Notes: generated from the sequence alone by a model not told the origin. A stretch of DNA of 64,000 nt from Dehalococcoidia bacterium (GCA_965197805.1 OZ240229.1:1638502-1702501); one strand, 5' to 3'. Counted from the stretch's first letter, positions 37,982 through 49,267 are shown. A program made the numbers and translations.

Positions 37982-38518
37982 GTGGAGGTTCTGACCGAAG
38001 AAGTCCGGCAGCTGAGTGAGACGGTGCAGTCGCAGGCCGGCCAGTTGGAGGAGATGGGACGGCGGGTGATGGAGCTGGAGGAAGCGGGCAGCGAGCAGGT
38101 GGAAGCAGATTCTGGGCCGGCCTTCGGGAATGGCGCTGTGGAGGGATGGAGTCCGCCGAAAAGAGGCCACGAGCTGCCTGACGCCGGCGTGGTGACGCTG
38201 GAGCGACATCCCGACGAGGAGCACGCCTTCAGGCCGGCTGCCGAGTTGGTGGCCGAGTGGCGTGGGCTGCGGACCGGCGGTGCGAACGAGGGCAGCGGTA
38301 TGGAGAGGGCTCGATCTGACGAGCGCCGGTGGGAGCTGGAGGTCGAGTTGACCGAAGACTACCACCTGAAGCTGCCTCCGGAGAAAGAGCCGTTGCAGGG
38401 GTCCAGGCGTGACGACCATCTCCGTTGGCGGAGGGAGGCGCTGGCGCAGGCCCGCAGCAAACGCATTTGGTCTGAACGGTGGCGGGCGGTGCTGACGCTG
38501 GGGTTGTGGCGGGGGTAG
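37982..38518 (+). CDS. hypothetical protein with an N-terminal coiled coil
   Basis: 178-aa ORF containing EEVRQLSETVQSQAGQLEEMGRRVMELEE. I recognise no family. Confidence 0.4.
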   Translation: MEVLTEEVRQLSETVQSQAGQLEEMGRRVMELEEAGSEQVEADSGPAFGNGAVEGWSPPKRGHELPDAGVVTLERHPDEEHAFRPAAELVAEWRGLRTGGANEGSGMERARSDERRWELEVELTEDYHLKLPPEKEPLQGSRRDDHLRWRREALAQARSKRIWSERWRAVLTLGLWRG

Positions 38519-38665
38519 GAGAGTAACTACGCCCTTGCGGTGACAGGGCTCGAGCGGGGTCAAGACCGGAACTACCGCGGCCCGGTCACGGCGGACCAGA
38601 TATTTGCTTTCCTCGTCGATGAGGGCATGGTGCTGCCCGTCGGCACGTGCAAGGCTCTTGCCGTT

Positions 38666-39311
38666 TCAGCGACCGCAGTACCTGGTTGGCCCGCCGACGG
38701 GCGACACCTCATCAGGTCGGCCGGTCGAGGGTTGGTTCAGAGGGGCCAGGGCAACTAGCAACTCTAGAATCTCTTTCTCAGCTACGGTGAGATCGAATGG
38801 GAGGAAGGAGGACAGACCTCCTGAGGGCATGCTGGTCAGAAGGCCGGGGGAATGCAGCGTGTCTAGGCGGGGGCCGACCGATAGTCGACCCGAAGGCCAT
38901 GACTGCAGCATCGCCTCAAGGTCCGATATCTGCTCCTTGAGCTCTTCTACCTTCACTTGGGACTCGTCCAATTGCTGGCTTAGGGATGCGTTCTCGGTCT
39001 CTATCTCCTTAACTGTTTCTTCAAGGCCCGCTACGTGCTCCTGGAGCTCTCCCACTCTCCCTTGGGACGCTCCCAATTCCTGCTCCACCGCCGCGATGTC
39101 AGCCTTCAGCTCTTGCACCGTAGCCTCAAGGTCTTCCTTCTGCTGCCGGAGTAGACCCACGTCTGCCCGGAGGTCGTACGTCTCCTGGCGCAAGGCCGAA
39201 TTCTCCTCCTCCAGCAGCAAGTAGAGGGTGTCGTCCGAAGGACCGTGGGCGTAGGTGGAGCTTGCAGCCCACCAAGGCAAGTAACAGGAGTAGGCTGGCG
39301 GCTAGTCGCAT
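38666..39311 (-). pseudogene. coiled-coil lipoprotein with a frameshift right after the lipobox
   Basis: ATG at 39311 gives MRLAASLLLLLALVGC then nonsense. The long heptad-rich body (LRQETYDLRADVGLLRQQKEDLEATVQELKADIAAVEQEL...) is in the adjacent frame, starting within a few codons of the Cys. Confidence 0.5.
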
Positions 39312-39411
39312 CGGGGCCTCCTATGACGTTTCCAAGTCAAAAAGACAGCCCCCTCCGTTGGTCGAACTTAGAGGGGGCGCGAATGCTGGCTGGATACGAC
39401 GGCTAACGCGG

Positions 39412-39975
39412 TTAGTTTCTCCTAGGTCCTATCAGCCCTTCCAAGGCTTGGGTGTGCTCGCTGATATTCTGTACTGTGTACCGGCTCTGTACTCCCAATC
39501 TGCCGGCCAGTGGGCTGGGCAAATCGCCACGGGGGATTAAGCGAACGGTCGGAGGGGCAGTCTCCCTCAGCCAATTGACTCCTATCAGGTGTGGGAAGCG
39601 GCCGTGTCCATTTTTGAGTGCCGGAGGCATGTTGGCCGCCACCACCCGGCCCCATTGAAAGAAGTAGCTCTTCGTGCAACGTCCTAGCACGACGGGTGTG
39701 CGATTGATAGGCGAGGGATTAGTTACGATCAGGTCGCCTTCTACTATCTCCCGGGAGAATTGCCAAAGAGTGTCGGTAAAGTCATTCCATCGATTTGGCC
39801 GATCCCGGAACACTTTTTGCACTCTGATTCTCAGGTGTTCCTTGGAAGGGAAATTGAGCAGACTCTCGGTAAGTCCATCCAAGTCCCAAGAGATAGCGGC
39901 CACCGACTCACGGAGAAACTGGTCAGAGACGTCAATCTGGCCCTTGTATCTACAACGGACTATCCAGCTTGCCAT
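39412..39975 (-). CDS. hypothetical protein
   Basis: From the ATG at 39975 it reads MASWIVRCRYKGQIDVSDQFLRESVAAISWDLDGL...GDLIVTNPS...VLGRCTKSYFF. The pattern is reminiscent of N-terminal sensor domains of restriction-type proteins, but I cannot assign it. Confidence 0.45.
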   Translation of the reverse strand: MASWIVRCRYKGQIDVSDQFLRESVAAISWDLDGLTESLLNFPSKEHLRIRVQKVFRDRPNRWNDFTDTLWQFSREIVEGDLIVTNPSPINRTPVVLGRCTKSYFFQWGRVVAANMPPALKNGHGRFPHLIGVNWLRETAPPTVRLIPRGDLPSPLAGRLGVQSRYTVQNISEHTQALEGLIGPRRN

Positions 39976-40616
39976 GCTCCCCTTCGTTGTCCAGCTACCC
40001 CCTTGAATATGAAGAAGCCAGGACGCTTGGCAGATTTGGGCACCCCCCACCCATCCCAACGCCCCTCAATAGGCGCCACCGTCCGCAGGGCAATGTCCTT
40101 GAGCTCGGGCGTTGGCATCAGAGTACGCGCTGGTCATCCAGCCCGATAAGCATCTGGTCGATCCCGGTGAGGTTCTTGTTAAACAGCCCCAAGTCCATAC
40201 GGTGCCCCCTCTCACACACCGATCCAATCATAGCCCGACCGGAGGGCTCAGCGCTTCCGCTTGGTATATTATCTTTGGACCGCACTGGCATGGTAGGTCG
40301 GACAGGGAGGGCGATTTGCAGAGAATCCCGGAAGAGCGAGTCATAAGTGAGGCGGTGGCCGCGTCTTCTGAGGATGAACGGCTCTAACGGGAGTGGAATA
40401 AACAGATGCTTTCGGTATGTGACGCGTTTGACCCGAGGTGACCTCAGGGCCATGTTCGGCATCCTGAAGCAGGTCACTCCTCCAGAGGATAACGCCAGTT
40501 TCATGACCGGATGCTGAGGACCCTGGAGAGGGCCTCGTCCCCCGACGAGATCTACATAGTATGTATCAGAGACAAGGAGAACGGACACCCCTGAAGGTGT
40601 GTCCCGAGAACCCAAC

Positions 40617-40993
40617 ATGCGGACCCACTCCCCACTCTTTCTGCTTATCGGCATATTGGCCCTTTGCCTTCCGGCGTCACTTTTGGCCTGCGAAACCGGC
40701 TGGTTCCACGCCCGCCGTTGACGCGGTTGGAGATATGGGCGGACAGGCAACTAAGACGGAGTTCGCCTCCGTCGACGCGGAGTGGGGAGCACACTTGCGG
40801 GGTGAGGATGGACGGCTCCGTCGCCTGCTGGGGCGATGATAGCCTTGGCCAAGCCACGCCGCCGAAGGGGGAGTTCGCCTCGGTCAGCGCCGGGTACGAG
40901 GCCATGTGTGGGGTGCCGGCAGACGGCTCTGTCGCCTGCTGGGGGGAAGATGACGAAGGCATCGTGGACTTTGCCGTGTCGCGTATGACTTAG
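40617..40993 (+). pseudogene. RCC1-repeat lipoprotein, two frameshifts
   Basis: The signal MRTHSPLFLLIGILALCLPASLLAC is in frame a. GDMGGQATKTEFASVDA is in frame c. GEHTCGVRMDGSVACWGDDSLGQATPPKGEFASVSAGYEAMCGVPADGSVACWGEDDEG is in frame b. Confidence 0.65.
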
Positions 40994-41286
40994 GTGGTGA
41001 TATTCTTGCGGGGGCGCCCCCCTCGCCTCTTGAGAGGGTCTTCCCAAAAGTAGATATCCGCACCAACTCGCTTTATCTGAATGTTCCTACCGGTCGCCTT
41101 TATCGCAGCCCCAAGGCGTCGACGGACGGTGGGCACCGTCTCTCCGGGCAACAACGTGATCCGACCAGCTTGGTCTGGGCCAAGGCTGTCGACGTACTCG
41201 ACGTACTCCCGTATGGTTTGCGACCGCTTCCCGGTATCGGACCTTGCCATTGCTTCCTGGCGAGATATGACCTCAAACTCTGGCAT
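40990..41286 (-). CDS. hypothetical small protein with a C-terminal GRPRK (AT-hook-like) tail
   Basis: 98-aa ORF whose start overlaps the stop of the upstream ORF at 41286. Confidence 0.45.
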   Translation of the reverse strand: MPEFEVISRQEAMARSDTGKRSQTIREYVEYVDSLGPDQAGRITLLPGETVPTVRRRLGAAIKATGRNIQIKRVGADIYFWEDPLKRRGGRPRKNITT

Positions 41287-41678
41287 TACAAGATTCCCTT
41301 CTCATGGTGTCGAGGGAGAATTATACATGGCGTTACCGAATTGGGGCGGAGCCTGACCAGGCATAAAAGGGTCAACCGAGGCTGGTTTGAAGCGTCAGGC
41401 GTAGACGCGGGCGTCGGAGTCGGCGTCGGTTCGACCTCCTTGAAAATCCTGCTAATCTCGGAGGCCGATAGGAACGAGCGGATAACCGTCAACCTCGTAT
41501 CGGCTGCAATCGGCGATAGGCCGTTAGTGCTCTGCACGCCTACTGTTGTGAGCCGTCCATCCTGGCCAATTGCGTATTCACTCATGGTCTTGTCCACCCC
41601 TAGAGAGACTGTGCATCCTAGCAGTGGCGCGAGACGGCGCGGAAGGAGAGGGGGACGGCCCGGTCGTTTCGTAGCCAT
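41286..41678 (-). CDS. hypothetical protein with an N-terminal KRPGRPP motif
   Basis: ATG at 41678 gives MATKRPGRPPLLPRR... It is translationally coupled to 40990-41286. Confidence 0.35.
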   Translation of the reverse strand: MATKRPGRPPLLPRRLAPLLGCTVSLGVDKTMSEYAIGQDGRLTTVGVQSTNGLSPIAADTRLTVIRSFLSASEISRIFKEVEPTPTPTPASTPDASNQPRLTLLCLVRLRPNSVTPCIILPRHHEKGIL

Positions 41679-41753
41679 GGGGGATATGTACAGCGTGACA
41701 CTTTGACGCGCAACCCCTTGGAGGCACAACTCCGCCAAACCTAATGAAAGCTA

Positions 41754-41860
41754 AATTAGAACTGTCCTACCTAAAAATGTTCTAAAAACCGTCTATCGAA
41801 TTATAATGCCGCACGCGTGATGTACTCTTTCATTGTTTCACCCCCAATTTTCAAACTCAT
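41754..41860. repeat. left copy of a ~110-130-bp inverted repeat (45-bp perfect core at 41777-41821)
   Basis: The core ATGTTCTAAAAACCGTCTATCGAATTATAATGCCGCACGCGTGAT is the exact reverse complement of 44868-44912. It contains TATAAT (41802-41807) and is followed by a short ORF start (V)MYSFIVSPPIFKL. Confidence 0.85.
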
Positions 41861-41874
41861 AAAAGTGGGCCGTC

Positions 41875-42321
41875 ATGTGTCACACCACCAGCCGGGCGAC
41901 GGCATCGACCGCATGGGAGTCGCGGGCAACCGGAAGCCGAGGCGTTCCTGATGATGGACACAGTCCCAGACTTCACACTGGAGGGATGATGCAACCACTG
42001 ATGCCACGTATGTCGCCCGCCGAAGAGCAGCGGGAGTTAAAGACTAGGCTGAGGCGGGAGGGCATGCTGCAACGACAGCTTGCAGCATGCGTCGCCCTGA
42101 TAGACCTCGTGGACACCGGCGTCATCACCAAGGACAGCATCAACATGACGGCCCGTATGCTCCAGCAGAAGTTTCACCACAACGAGGACCGGGCCATACA
42201 ACAGGGTGCGGTTGGTGAGGTGCTGAGCCAGGTGGACATCACGCCCGGGCAGCGATACGCCGTCCAAACATGGCGTGTCGTCGATGCTAGGGATGCTCTG
42301 GCCGAGCGGCACCCAAACTGA
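41875..42321 (+). CDS. hypothetical protein
   Basis: 148-aa ORF, helical ([30 protein letters not shown]...). I recognise no family. Confidence 0.4.
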   Translation: MCHTTSRATASTAWESRATGSRGVPDDGHSPRLHTGGMMQPLMPRMSPAEEQRELKTRLRREGMLQRQLAACVALIDLVDTGVITKDSINMTARMLQQKFHHNEDRAIQQGAVGEVLSQVDITPGQRYAVQTWRVVDARDALAERHPN

Positions 42322-42420
42322 GGGAGGACCTCGGCAAAGTACGACGCCAGTTGGGGCGCGAGTAAATTGGCCAGCAGGCAGAAAGGAGAGTCAGAAGACC
42401 AATCAGGAAAGGAGCGACCA

Positions 42421-42670
42421 ATGCAAGTAACCATGAGTAAGTTCACCCTGAGACTGTTATCGGCGCCATGATGCTGATGCTGATGCTGGCTTGCACCGGC
42501 CCGCCCGGGTGGGCAAGGGGACACAGGTGAACGCGGTGCAGGTGGCGCACAGGGGCCAACGGGGGAGCGCGGACCCGCAGGAGAGATCGGCCCCAAGGGA
42601 CCATAGGGAGAGCAGGGGGCATCCGGCCCGCAAGGCGCGCGGGGACCTACGGTGGGAACGTGGCCCACAG

Positions 42671-42687
<17 letters not shown>
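42421..42687 (+). pseudogene. collagen-like (G-X-Y) lipoprotein, frameshifted, with an in-frame TAG and truncated by the IS21 end
   Basis: Signal pieces are [12 protein letters not shown] / MMLMLMLAC. The G-X-Y run [49 protein letters not shown] follows. Similarity to the paralog at 48724-48970 ends where TGTCAATGAC (42671) begins. Confidence 0.65.
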
Positions 42688-43700
<1,013 letters not shown>

Positions 43701-43834
43701 CTCCGGGTCACCTCTGCACGGCCCGGACACGGGCATAATGTTGCTCCCAACTGTCTAGAAGGAAGCCTACAATCGCTATCGGTGGGTTTTGCCCTTCCGT
43801 CGGATCTTGCAATCCGTTCGCGAACCTGCGTAGA

Positions 43835-44446
43835 GTGTATGTTCCCCTTGGATTAGGCCGTATGAAGATATCGACTCCTTTGACGGCCCTACTGGCACCG
43901 GAGTTTCGAAAGCCCGTCGCGATATGTTCCATCGTGCTGGCAGCTCTGCTAGGTTTGACTGTAGTGGTCGGTTGGTTCTTTTTCGGTTGGGGATACATTC
44001 GAGCCAACAAGGAGATCCTCTACTCCTTACCCGTGCCTCCCGGAGCACAACTCTTGGAGGTGCACTCGAGTGGTTATACTAATGGAGACGACCTGTTGAG
44101 CGACTACTTGCCGCCCGACGGATGGAGTACCATCGTCACCTACCGAGTTCTTCTTCAAGTTTCTAGGAAAGACGTTCTTGATTTCTACGTCGATCGGCTC
44201 CTACCTGAATGGCAATACTGCACCAGGGATCTCCCAGTCGTAAGTAGCAGCGGAGGACCATGGGTGGATGTGGTTAGGAATGCATGGGCCCATTTTGACA
44301 GGGGAAGAGCCCTCGTGACCGTTCAGCTTCTTACCTCAAAGTGGGGTGGCCGCTGGATAGACGGCACTGACCACACTTATAGCGTCAGCGTGGATCACCA
44401 ACACTACAAATCGTCCTCTTACAGATCTGTTTGCCAGGATCAATGA
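43835..44446 (+). CDS. hypothetical membrane-anchored protein
   Basis: One N-terminal TM helix (VAICSIVLAALLGLTVVVGWFFFGW) is followed by a ~140-aa soluble domain. A C8 tract directly follows the stop. Confidence 0.5.
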   Translation: MYVPLGLGRMKISTPLTALLAPEFRKPVAICSIVLAALLGLTVVVGWFFFGWGYIRANKEILYSLPVPPGAQLLEVHSSGYTNGDDLLSDYLPPDGWSTIVTYRVLLQVSRKDVLDFYVDRLLPEWQYCTRDLPVVSSSGGPWVDVVRNAWAHFDRGRALVTVQLLTSKWGGRWIDGTDHTYSVSVDHQHYKSSSYRSVCQDQ

Positions 44447-44488
44447 CCCCCCCCATCCCTCCCACTCCCCGCTGTGCCCCATGGACAT

Positions 44489-44872
44489 CTACTTCGAGAT
44501 CGCGGCCAACAAGGGCCGATTATTGCTCAGAGCCAGCATCACCATGTTTCGAAGGTTGCCGAGTTCCGGCAAATGTCCGTCTCGGGCCACCGGCGGAATA
44601 TGACACCTAGTCTCATATAGGCTCGCTGACGTACTGGATGCGACGGCGGGCAGCAGGCTCTTCCCGTTGAACGCGCCCCATAGCTGGCCAAGGACGTTGA
44701 CTGGCAGGACATAGGTGCAGTCGGCCTCCGACACCATCAGTCGAAGGGCCACCGAGCCGGACCTCCATACGATTGATACCGTCGCCTGGTTGGTGGGTAG
44801 TGTATTGGCCTTTCCTCCATGGATTTTCGAGAGCCCGAAAATTGGGGGATATACATACAAAGAGTATATCAC
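44489..44872 (-). CDS. mosaic hypothetical ORF driven by the right repeat copy
   Basis: The GTG start lies inside the repeat (MIYSLYVYPPIFGL). The middle contains CTYVLPVNVLGQLW, which recurs as CPYVLPINAFGQLW near 50290. The tail is LRR-like (LPELGNLRNMVMLALSNN). Confidence 0.35.
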   Translation of the reverse strand: MIYSLYVYPPIFGLSKIHGGKANTLPTNQATVSIVWRSGSVALRLMVSEADCTYVLPVNVLGQLWGAFNGKSLLPAVASSTSASLYETRCHIPPVARDGHLPELGNLRNMVMLALSNNRPLLAAISK

Positions 44873-44946
44873 GCGTGCGGCATTATAATTCGATAGACGG
44901 TTTTTAGAACATAGTTAGATGTGGACCGTTCTAATTGGGATTCTTC
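44815..44946. repeat. right copy (inverted) of the 41754-41860 repeat
   Basis: 44868-44912 is the exact reverse complement of 41777-41821. The flanks are similar with scattered mismatches (AATTAGAAC outer end, CCCCCAATTTTC inner part). Confidence 0.85.
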
Positions 44947-45740
44947 AGATAGGCGGCCGCGTTCCGCTCCTAGGGGGGCGCGCGCCACTCGGTCCTTGCG
45001 CGTCAGAGTGCTAAGGGTGTAAATGGACCTATGGCTACGCAACAAGACGGAAACCATCGGACGGTTCATTCGAGTGTTAGCGCAGTATCGATGCTTAGCA
45101 CACCCTGTCCTCGCACTTCCTGTAGTGACTCGAACCCAGGAAAGGATCGACCTGCCCATGGAAAGAACCCACATGAGCAAACTGAATCGTCATATCGCAG
45201 AGCTAGGCATAGGCCCAAAGCGCCTGGATTGGCGGTGTTCGGATGAGGGTTGTGAGGGTTGACCGCAACCCTGCCCCCGATGCCCAGGACCGGCTGCCTG
45301 GGGTTTTCGCCTCTTGTCGATGTTGCGCCGGTGAACTCCATACCCAAGTCCCCATCTACCAAACGAGGACAGCCAACCGTAACGGAACCGGAGAAGGATG
45401 AGCCTTATGCAACCAAGACCTACCCCGACCTTCAGAACGCCAAGCCACGGTGTCCGGCCCCCCATCATGCCCATCATGGACGTCAAAGCCTGGCTTGTAG
45501 AGCGTAAGGAACTATTGTCGAACGTTGCCGATCACCTGGTGGGCCTCAATCAGGTCAGTGCCCATTCATGTCAAACCTGACCCACCCTGTGGCGCACCCG
45601 GTGTTGACAAATCTACGCCGAAGGGTGGGACTCCCGGTCGGCAAGGGACGCTCCCCCGCGGGTGCGCCTTCTGGGCCCTTGCCGTCGGAGGAACGACGCA
45701 TAGGCAACCAGAAGTCGCCCACCAGCCTTGAGGGTAACCG

Positions 45741-46457
45741 ATGCCAATCATCGCCCGACCCAACAGAGATGCCCTTTCAAGAGGGTTGGATATCTACCGC
45801 GACACCATGCGGCCCTTCGTTCTTCGCTGCCTCGAAATGGTGCCAGGCGCTCCAGATGAGGTCATAAGGAGGATCCTCCCTCCACGGCAAATCGAAGATT
45901 TCAATCGTGACCGACAGCGAGCCGCCGACTTGGCCTCGGCGATAGACGTGAACCTGTTTCCGAAGCTCGTGCGGGCATATTGGGGCATGGTATTTCAGAG
46001 TCAGTTCAACGGTAACTCTCTAGCCCAAGAACATATGACAAAGATCAAACATGCCCGGAACGAGGTGGCTCATCCGCCAACGGCGGATCTGACAACCGGG
46101 TACGCCAGAGAACATCTTGGGCTCATAAGCGCCCTTCTTGGACGCATTGGTGCATTTGAGGAGCAAAGGGCTGTCGACGACCTAATCAATCGAAATGACG
46201 ATGCTCCGTCTTCGCCCCGCCCCGACCCGCCACAGCCTCCTCCCGCTAGCGAGTACCATGTCTACACTGATATCCCAACAAGGAGATCACGCGTCCACCG
46301 GGCCGACTGCCAATACTACCGTAACCGCAAAGAGGACACCCTGGACGACAATTACTGGCATGGGCCGTACAGCTCTATCGAGGCGGCCTCGGAAGCCAAC
46401 ATCTCAGACCCGGATACGCGATGGGATGCACTGCCATGCGGACACTGCCGCCCGTGA
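45741..46457 (+). CDS. Swt1-like HEPN-domain protein with a C-terminal Cys-rich module
   Basis: LDIYRDTMRPFVLRCL...IKHARNEVAHP carries the R-x4-H HEPN motif. The C-terminus reads VHRADCQYY...WHGPY...LPCGHC. The family call is from memory. Confidence 0.6.
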   Translation: MPIIARPNRDALSRGLDIYRDTMRPFVLRCLEMVPGAPDEVIRRILPPRQIEDFNRDRQRAADLASAIDVNLFPKLVRAYWGMVFQSQFNGNSLAQEHMTKIKHARNEVAHPPTADLTTGYAREHLGLISALLGRIGAFEEQRAVDDLINRNDDAPSSPRPDPPQPPPASEYHVYTDIPTRRSRVHRADCQYYRNRKEDTLDDNYWHGPYSSIEAASEANISDPDTRWDALPCGHCRP

Positions 46458-46966
46458 GTCGGCAGCCCCTAGCCCTACTTAGACCGGAGTTCAAACGCTG
46501 CGACCGTCGGCGCTCCTGGGTGTAGGGTGCGACCCGCACCAGGAGTGTGTCATCCGCTTTTTCCCTATAAGGAGGTCCCGCTGCCTCGGTCCGTATCTCC
46601 AGATTGGCGGTACCGTGAAACCTCGCCGCAAGACAGAAGAGGACATCCGCCCTGTCAATACCACGCCTCGCCGTAGACCTCATCGTCATCATCAGCAGGC
46701 ACATGGAGCAAGCGCCCCCCAAGCAGTTCGTGAAGCGCTCAGGAACTTACCTTGCCCCTGTTGACGCGGGTATGATGCACAGTGAATACGAGGGTGAAGT
46801 CCAACTGCGATGGTGACGGGTGACGATACCTTGGACCCCCTTTGACCCGGAGACGCGTCTCAACTACAAATCCAGCAAACACCGATCAGAGGCCAAAAGG
46901 TTCCCAATGATCCAGAGGGCGTTGGAGGAGATTACAAACGTATAGTGAAAAAGGACTCCTCCGGGC

Positions 46967-47455
46967 GTGGTGGAACTGGCCCTCTGCCCGCCACACCTCA
47001 CCCGCAAGTGGAAGCGGGAGGTGGAGGAGACGGTGCCCCACGCAAGGGCTGCCATCATCAGCTCCATCACCGATTTGGAGAGACTCAGGCTCTACCAAGG
47101 CACCGCCTCCCTCTTCGCCGTCATGTCCCGTGAGCGGGCCAAGCTCTCCTACCGCTGGCTGCCCGCCGTGGTGCAGCGCTGGGCCAGGGGCTGGGGCAGG
47201 CTGGTACCGTACGAGGTGACGGGGGACCCCTTCACCGTCCCCTGCTGCCCCTCATGCAACGCCCAGGTGCTGGACAGGGACGGGGTGCCACTGACCCATG
47301 GTGAGATGTCGCGGCGCAAACGCACCTGCGAGTCGTGCGGTCAGGCCCTGTGGCAGGCCGACCACACCGGCCCCCGTCGCTACCCCCTTGCCGACTACGT
47401 GAAACACCCGGATGCCCGGCTTCTTCGACCTGCTGGTCGGCGACGAGGTGCATTA
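46967..47455 (+). pseudogene. SF2/SNF2-type helicase fragment ending at the DEVH box
   Basis: It reads LALCPPHLTRKWKREVEETVP and a zinc ribbon CCPSCN...CESCG. After a frameshift, FFDLLVGDEVH ends exactly at 47455. There is no upstream ATPase motif I and no downstream exon. Confidence 0.6.
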
Positions 47456-47880
47456 GTGTGGGCCGCGTAACGCGGCATAGGATTCCCGGCTCAGTCGGGG
47501 GAGACCCGGAGGGAATCTCTGGCCAACCGACCCACCTCAAAGCGAAAGCCTAGGGGGAAGTAGCAAGTCGGTAAAGCGGCTACAGCCTGAAAGCGTTGTT
47601 GGGCTGGTTCCGCAAGGCCCGCGCGATACGGTGAAAGCTTGATTGCCTGAACCCCAGTCCCCAGTCGGTGTTCACTTCACCCGCCGGTAGAACACTTGCA
47701 ACCCGGCGCCGCCCATTGCCTTGGTCGGTCCTCGTGACCGAGGCACCTTCGATGAGCGGACGATGGCCGATGTGGTCATTCAAGGGACGAACGGGGCACC
47801 TACAGTCGCGCTCGATACGTCCTATGTTGATGACAACGGGGATAAGGTTCGTCTGGATGCACTCTAGTTACCGCGGTATT
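47456..47880 (+). mobile_element. group II intron, 5-prime (domain I-like) fragment, no reverse transcriptase ORF
   Basis: It starts GTGTG immediately after ...GAGGTGCATTA. It is dense in GNRA-capped hairpins (GCGTAACGC, AGCGAAAGC, CCTGAAAGCG, CCGCAAGG, GGTGAAAGC). A CCAACCGA...AAAGCGAAAGC stretch resembles bacterial group II domain I. I found no domain V or VI. Confidence 0.5.
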
Positions 47881-47891
47881 GCCCCACGGCT

Positions 47892-48137
47892 CTAGCCGTT
47901 GCGTCTAAGTGCAACGCATCTCCCCTGGAGAATGCGCCACACCACTACGATGACGGCCGCCAACACCAATCCCGTGGATAGCACAAAGGACCAAAACAAT
48001 AGCCAAGAGGAAAATAAGGCCCCACCGACCCAAGACTCTGCAAACTGGTCCAACACTGGCCCGAACACGGGTAGTGCCAGAGTCACTACTAGAGCGAATA
48101 CGACCGCCACTAACCCGACTACGAGTGCTGTCTTCAT
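47892..48137 (-). CDS. small membrane protein (3 predicted TM helices)
   Basis: 81 aa: MKTALVVGLVAVVFALVVTLALPVF...GGALFSSWLLFWSFVLSTGLVLAAVIVVVW. Confidence 0.55.
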   Translation of the reverse strand: MKTALVVGLVAVVFALVVTLALPVFGPVLDQFAESWVGGALFSSWLLFWSFVLSTGLVLAAVIVVVWRILQGRCVALRRNG

Positions 48138-48377
48138 GGCAGTACTCCGCTGGTTGCTATACGTGGAAACTAGCAGAGCCCCAACCCCAAGTCAAAGAGA
48201 ACGCGGGATGGCCTACGGGGGGAGACCCCTATGGTCAGAGGATGGTCCTTGGGTACCCGCTCCTCCAGATTCACGTAGGCCAACATCACTTCCTGTTCCT
48301 CATGCCTGCCGCGCATCCTGCACCTCCGCTGCGTCTCCCTGGCATCCTAACTAACAAAACTCTTTTTCCGCACCCTG

Positions 48378-48653
48378 TTAGTGCGAATAATACGTGTCAG
48401 CCTCGCATATCTCCGAGAGTTTCCGAGGCGAAACTCTGCCTTCGAATACTATTTCACCAGTTTGGATGTCGTATATTTTCAATGATGCGTCGTTCTCTAT
48501 GGCGTCAGTATAGGCTTCAGGATCATCTTCGGGCTCAGTGGTCACAGCATAACCAGAAACCGCATTGGTTTCTGAATTCACCCAAAATACGAGTCTCGTA
48601 ATTTGCCTCCAAAGCTCGGTGGAGTAGGTTTTGACAGTGCCTGCGCAGTGCAA
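48378..48653 (-). CDS. hypothetical small protein
   Basis: 91-aa ORF in a comparatively AT-rich stretch. I recognise no family. Confidence 0.35.
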   Translation of the reverse strand: MHCAGTVKTYSTELWRQITRLVFWVNSETNAVSGYAVTTEPEDDPEAYTDAIENDASLKIYDIQTGEIVFEGRVSPRKLSEICEADTYYSH

Positions 48654-48723
48654 TACAGATCAGGGGCCAGTGCTCTCCACTGGGTTGTCCCAGGTTACCT
48701 CTAGCCTCACACCATCGTGCCCA

Positions 48724-48970
48724 CTAGGTCTTGGTTCGAGAGAACTGGCTCGCTTCCCAAGTTTGTCCATTGTTGATGCCTTCCACTAAACCGGAACTCT
48801 TTACTATTCCGACAACGTTTTCTTTTTCTAGCTCGGTCAGCGGAGACTGGCGCAGCACCGTCTCGCCCGGAGGCCCTAGAGGGCCTTGTGTCTTCTGTTC
48901 GCCTTGCGGGCCACGTTCCCCCTTAGGTCCGCGCGCGCCTTGCGGGCCGGATGCCGACGCCGACGTTGCC
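48724..48970 (-). pseudogene. collagen-like (G-X-Y) C-terminal fragment, paralog of 42421-42687
   Basis: It reads [29 protein letters not shown] followed by a globular tail. The DNA block GCATCCGGCCCGCAAGGCGCGCG.GGACCT is shared with 42620-42650. The upstream part of the ORF-track call looks non-coding and has no signal peptide. Confidence 0.5.
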
Positions 48971-48985
48971 CCCGTATCCGTACTT

Positions 48986-49267
48986 ATGAACGCTCTCAAG
49001 GCAGTCGGCGGTCTTGTCTCGTCGGTATTTTGGGTTCTTGGCGTCGCCGGATACATCGGCCTGAACATCCCGTACCTAACGGACGAGGACGCCTTTGTCT
49101 TCGTGCAAGGGAACAGGCTCGACGGCGGTTGGGGGTTCAACTATTCTATGGCAGTGGCTTTTGCACTGTCGATCGTTTCCATCCTCGCCTGGGCGGTCCC
49201 CAAGATGTGGGACGCGCGCAGCGAGTGGCGGGCGGGCCGCAAGGTCAGACCACCCAGTAGGCGGTAG
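48986..49267 (+). CDS. small membrane protein (2 TM helices)
   Basis: ATG at 48986 gives MNALKAVGGLVSSVFWVLGVAGYIGL...FNYSMAVAFALSIVSILAWAV. This is more plausible than the antisense N-terminal extension of the collagen-like ORF. Confidence 0.4.
   Translation: MNALKAVGGLVSSVFWVLGVAGYIGLNIPYLTDEDAFVFVQGNRLDGGWGFNYSMAVAFALSIVSILAWAVPKMWDARSEWRAGRKVRPPSRR

Noticed and set aside
38604-39224. 206-aa plus-strand ORF antisense to the coiled-coil gene
   Set aside because: It is Ser/Arg-rich low-complexity sequence. The minus strand gives a long, clean heptad-repeat protein.
42174-42668. 164-aa minus-strand Pro-rich ORF
   Set aside because: It is the antisense image of the G-X-Y collagen-like repeats. 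GGN codons read as NCC, which gives Pro and Ala.
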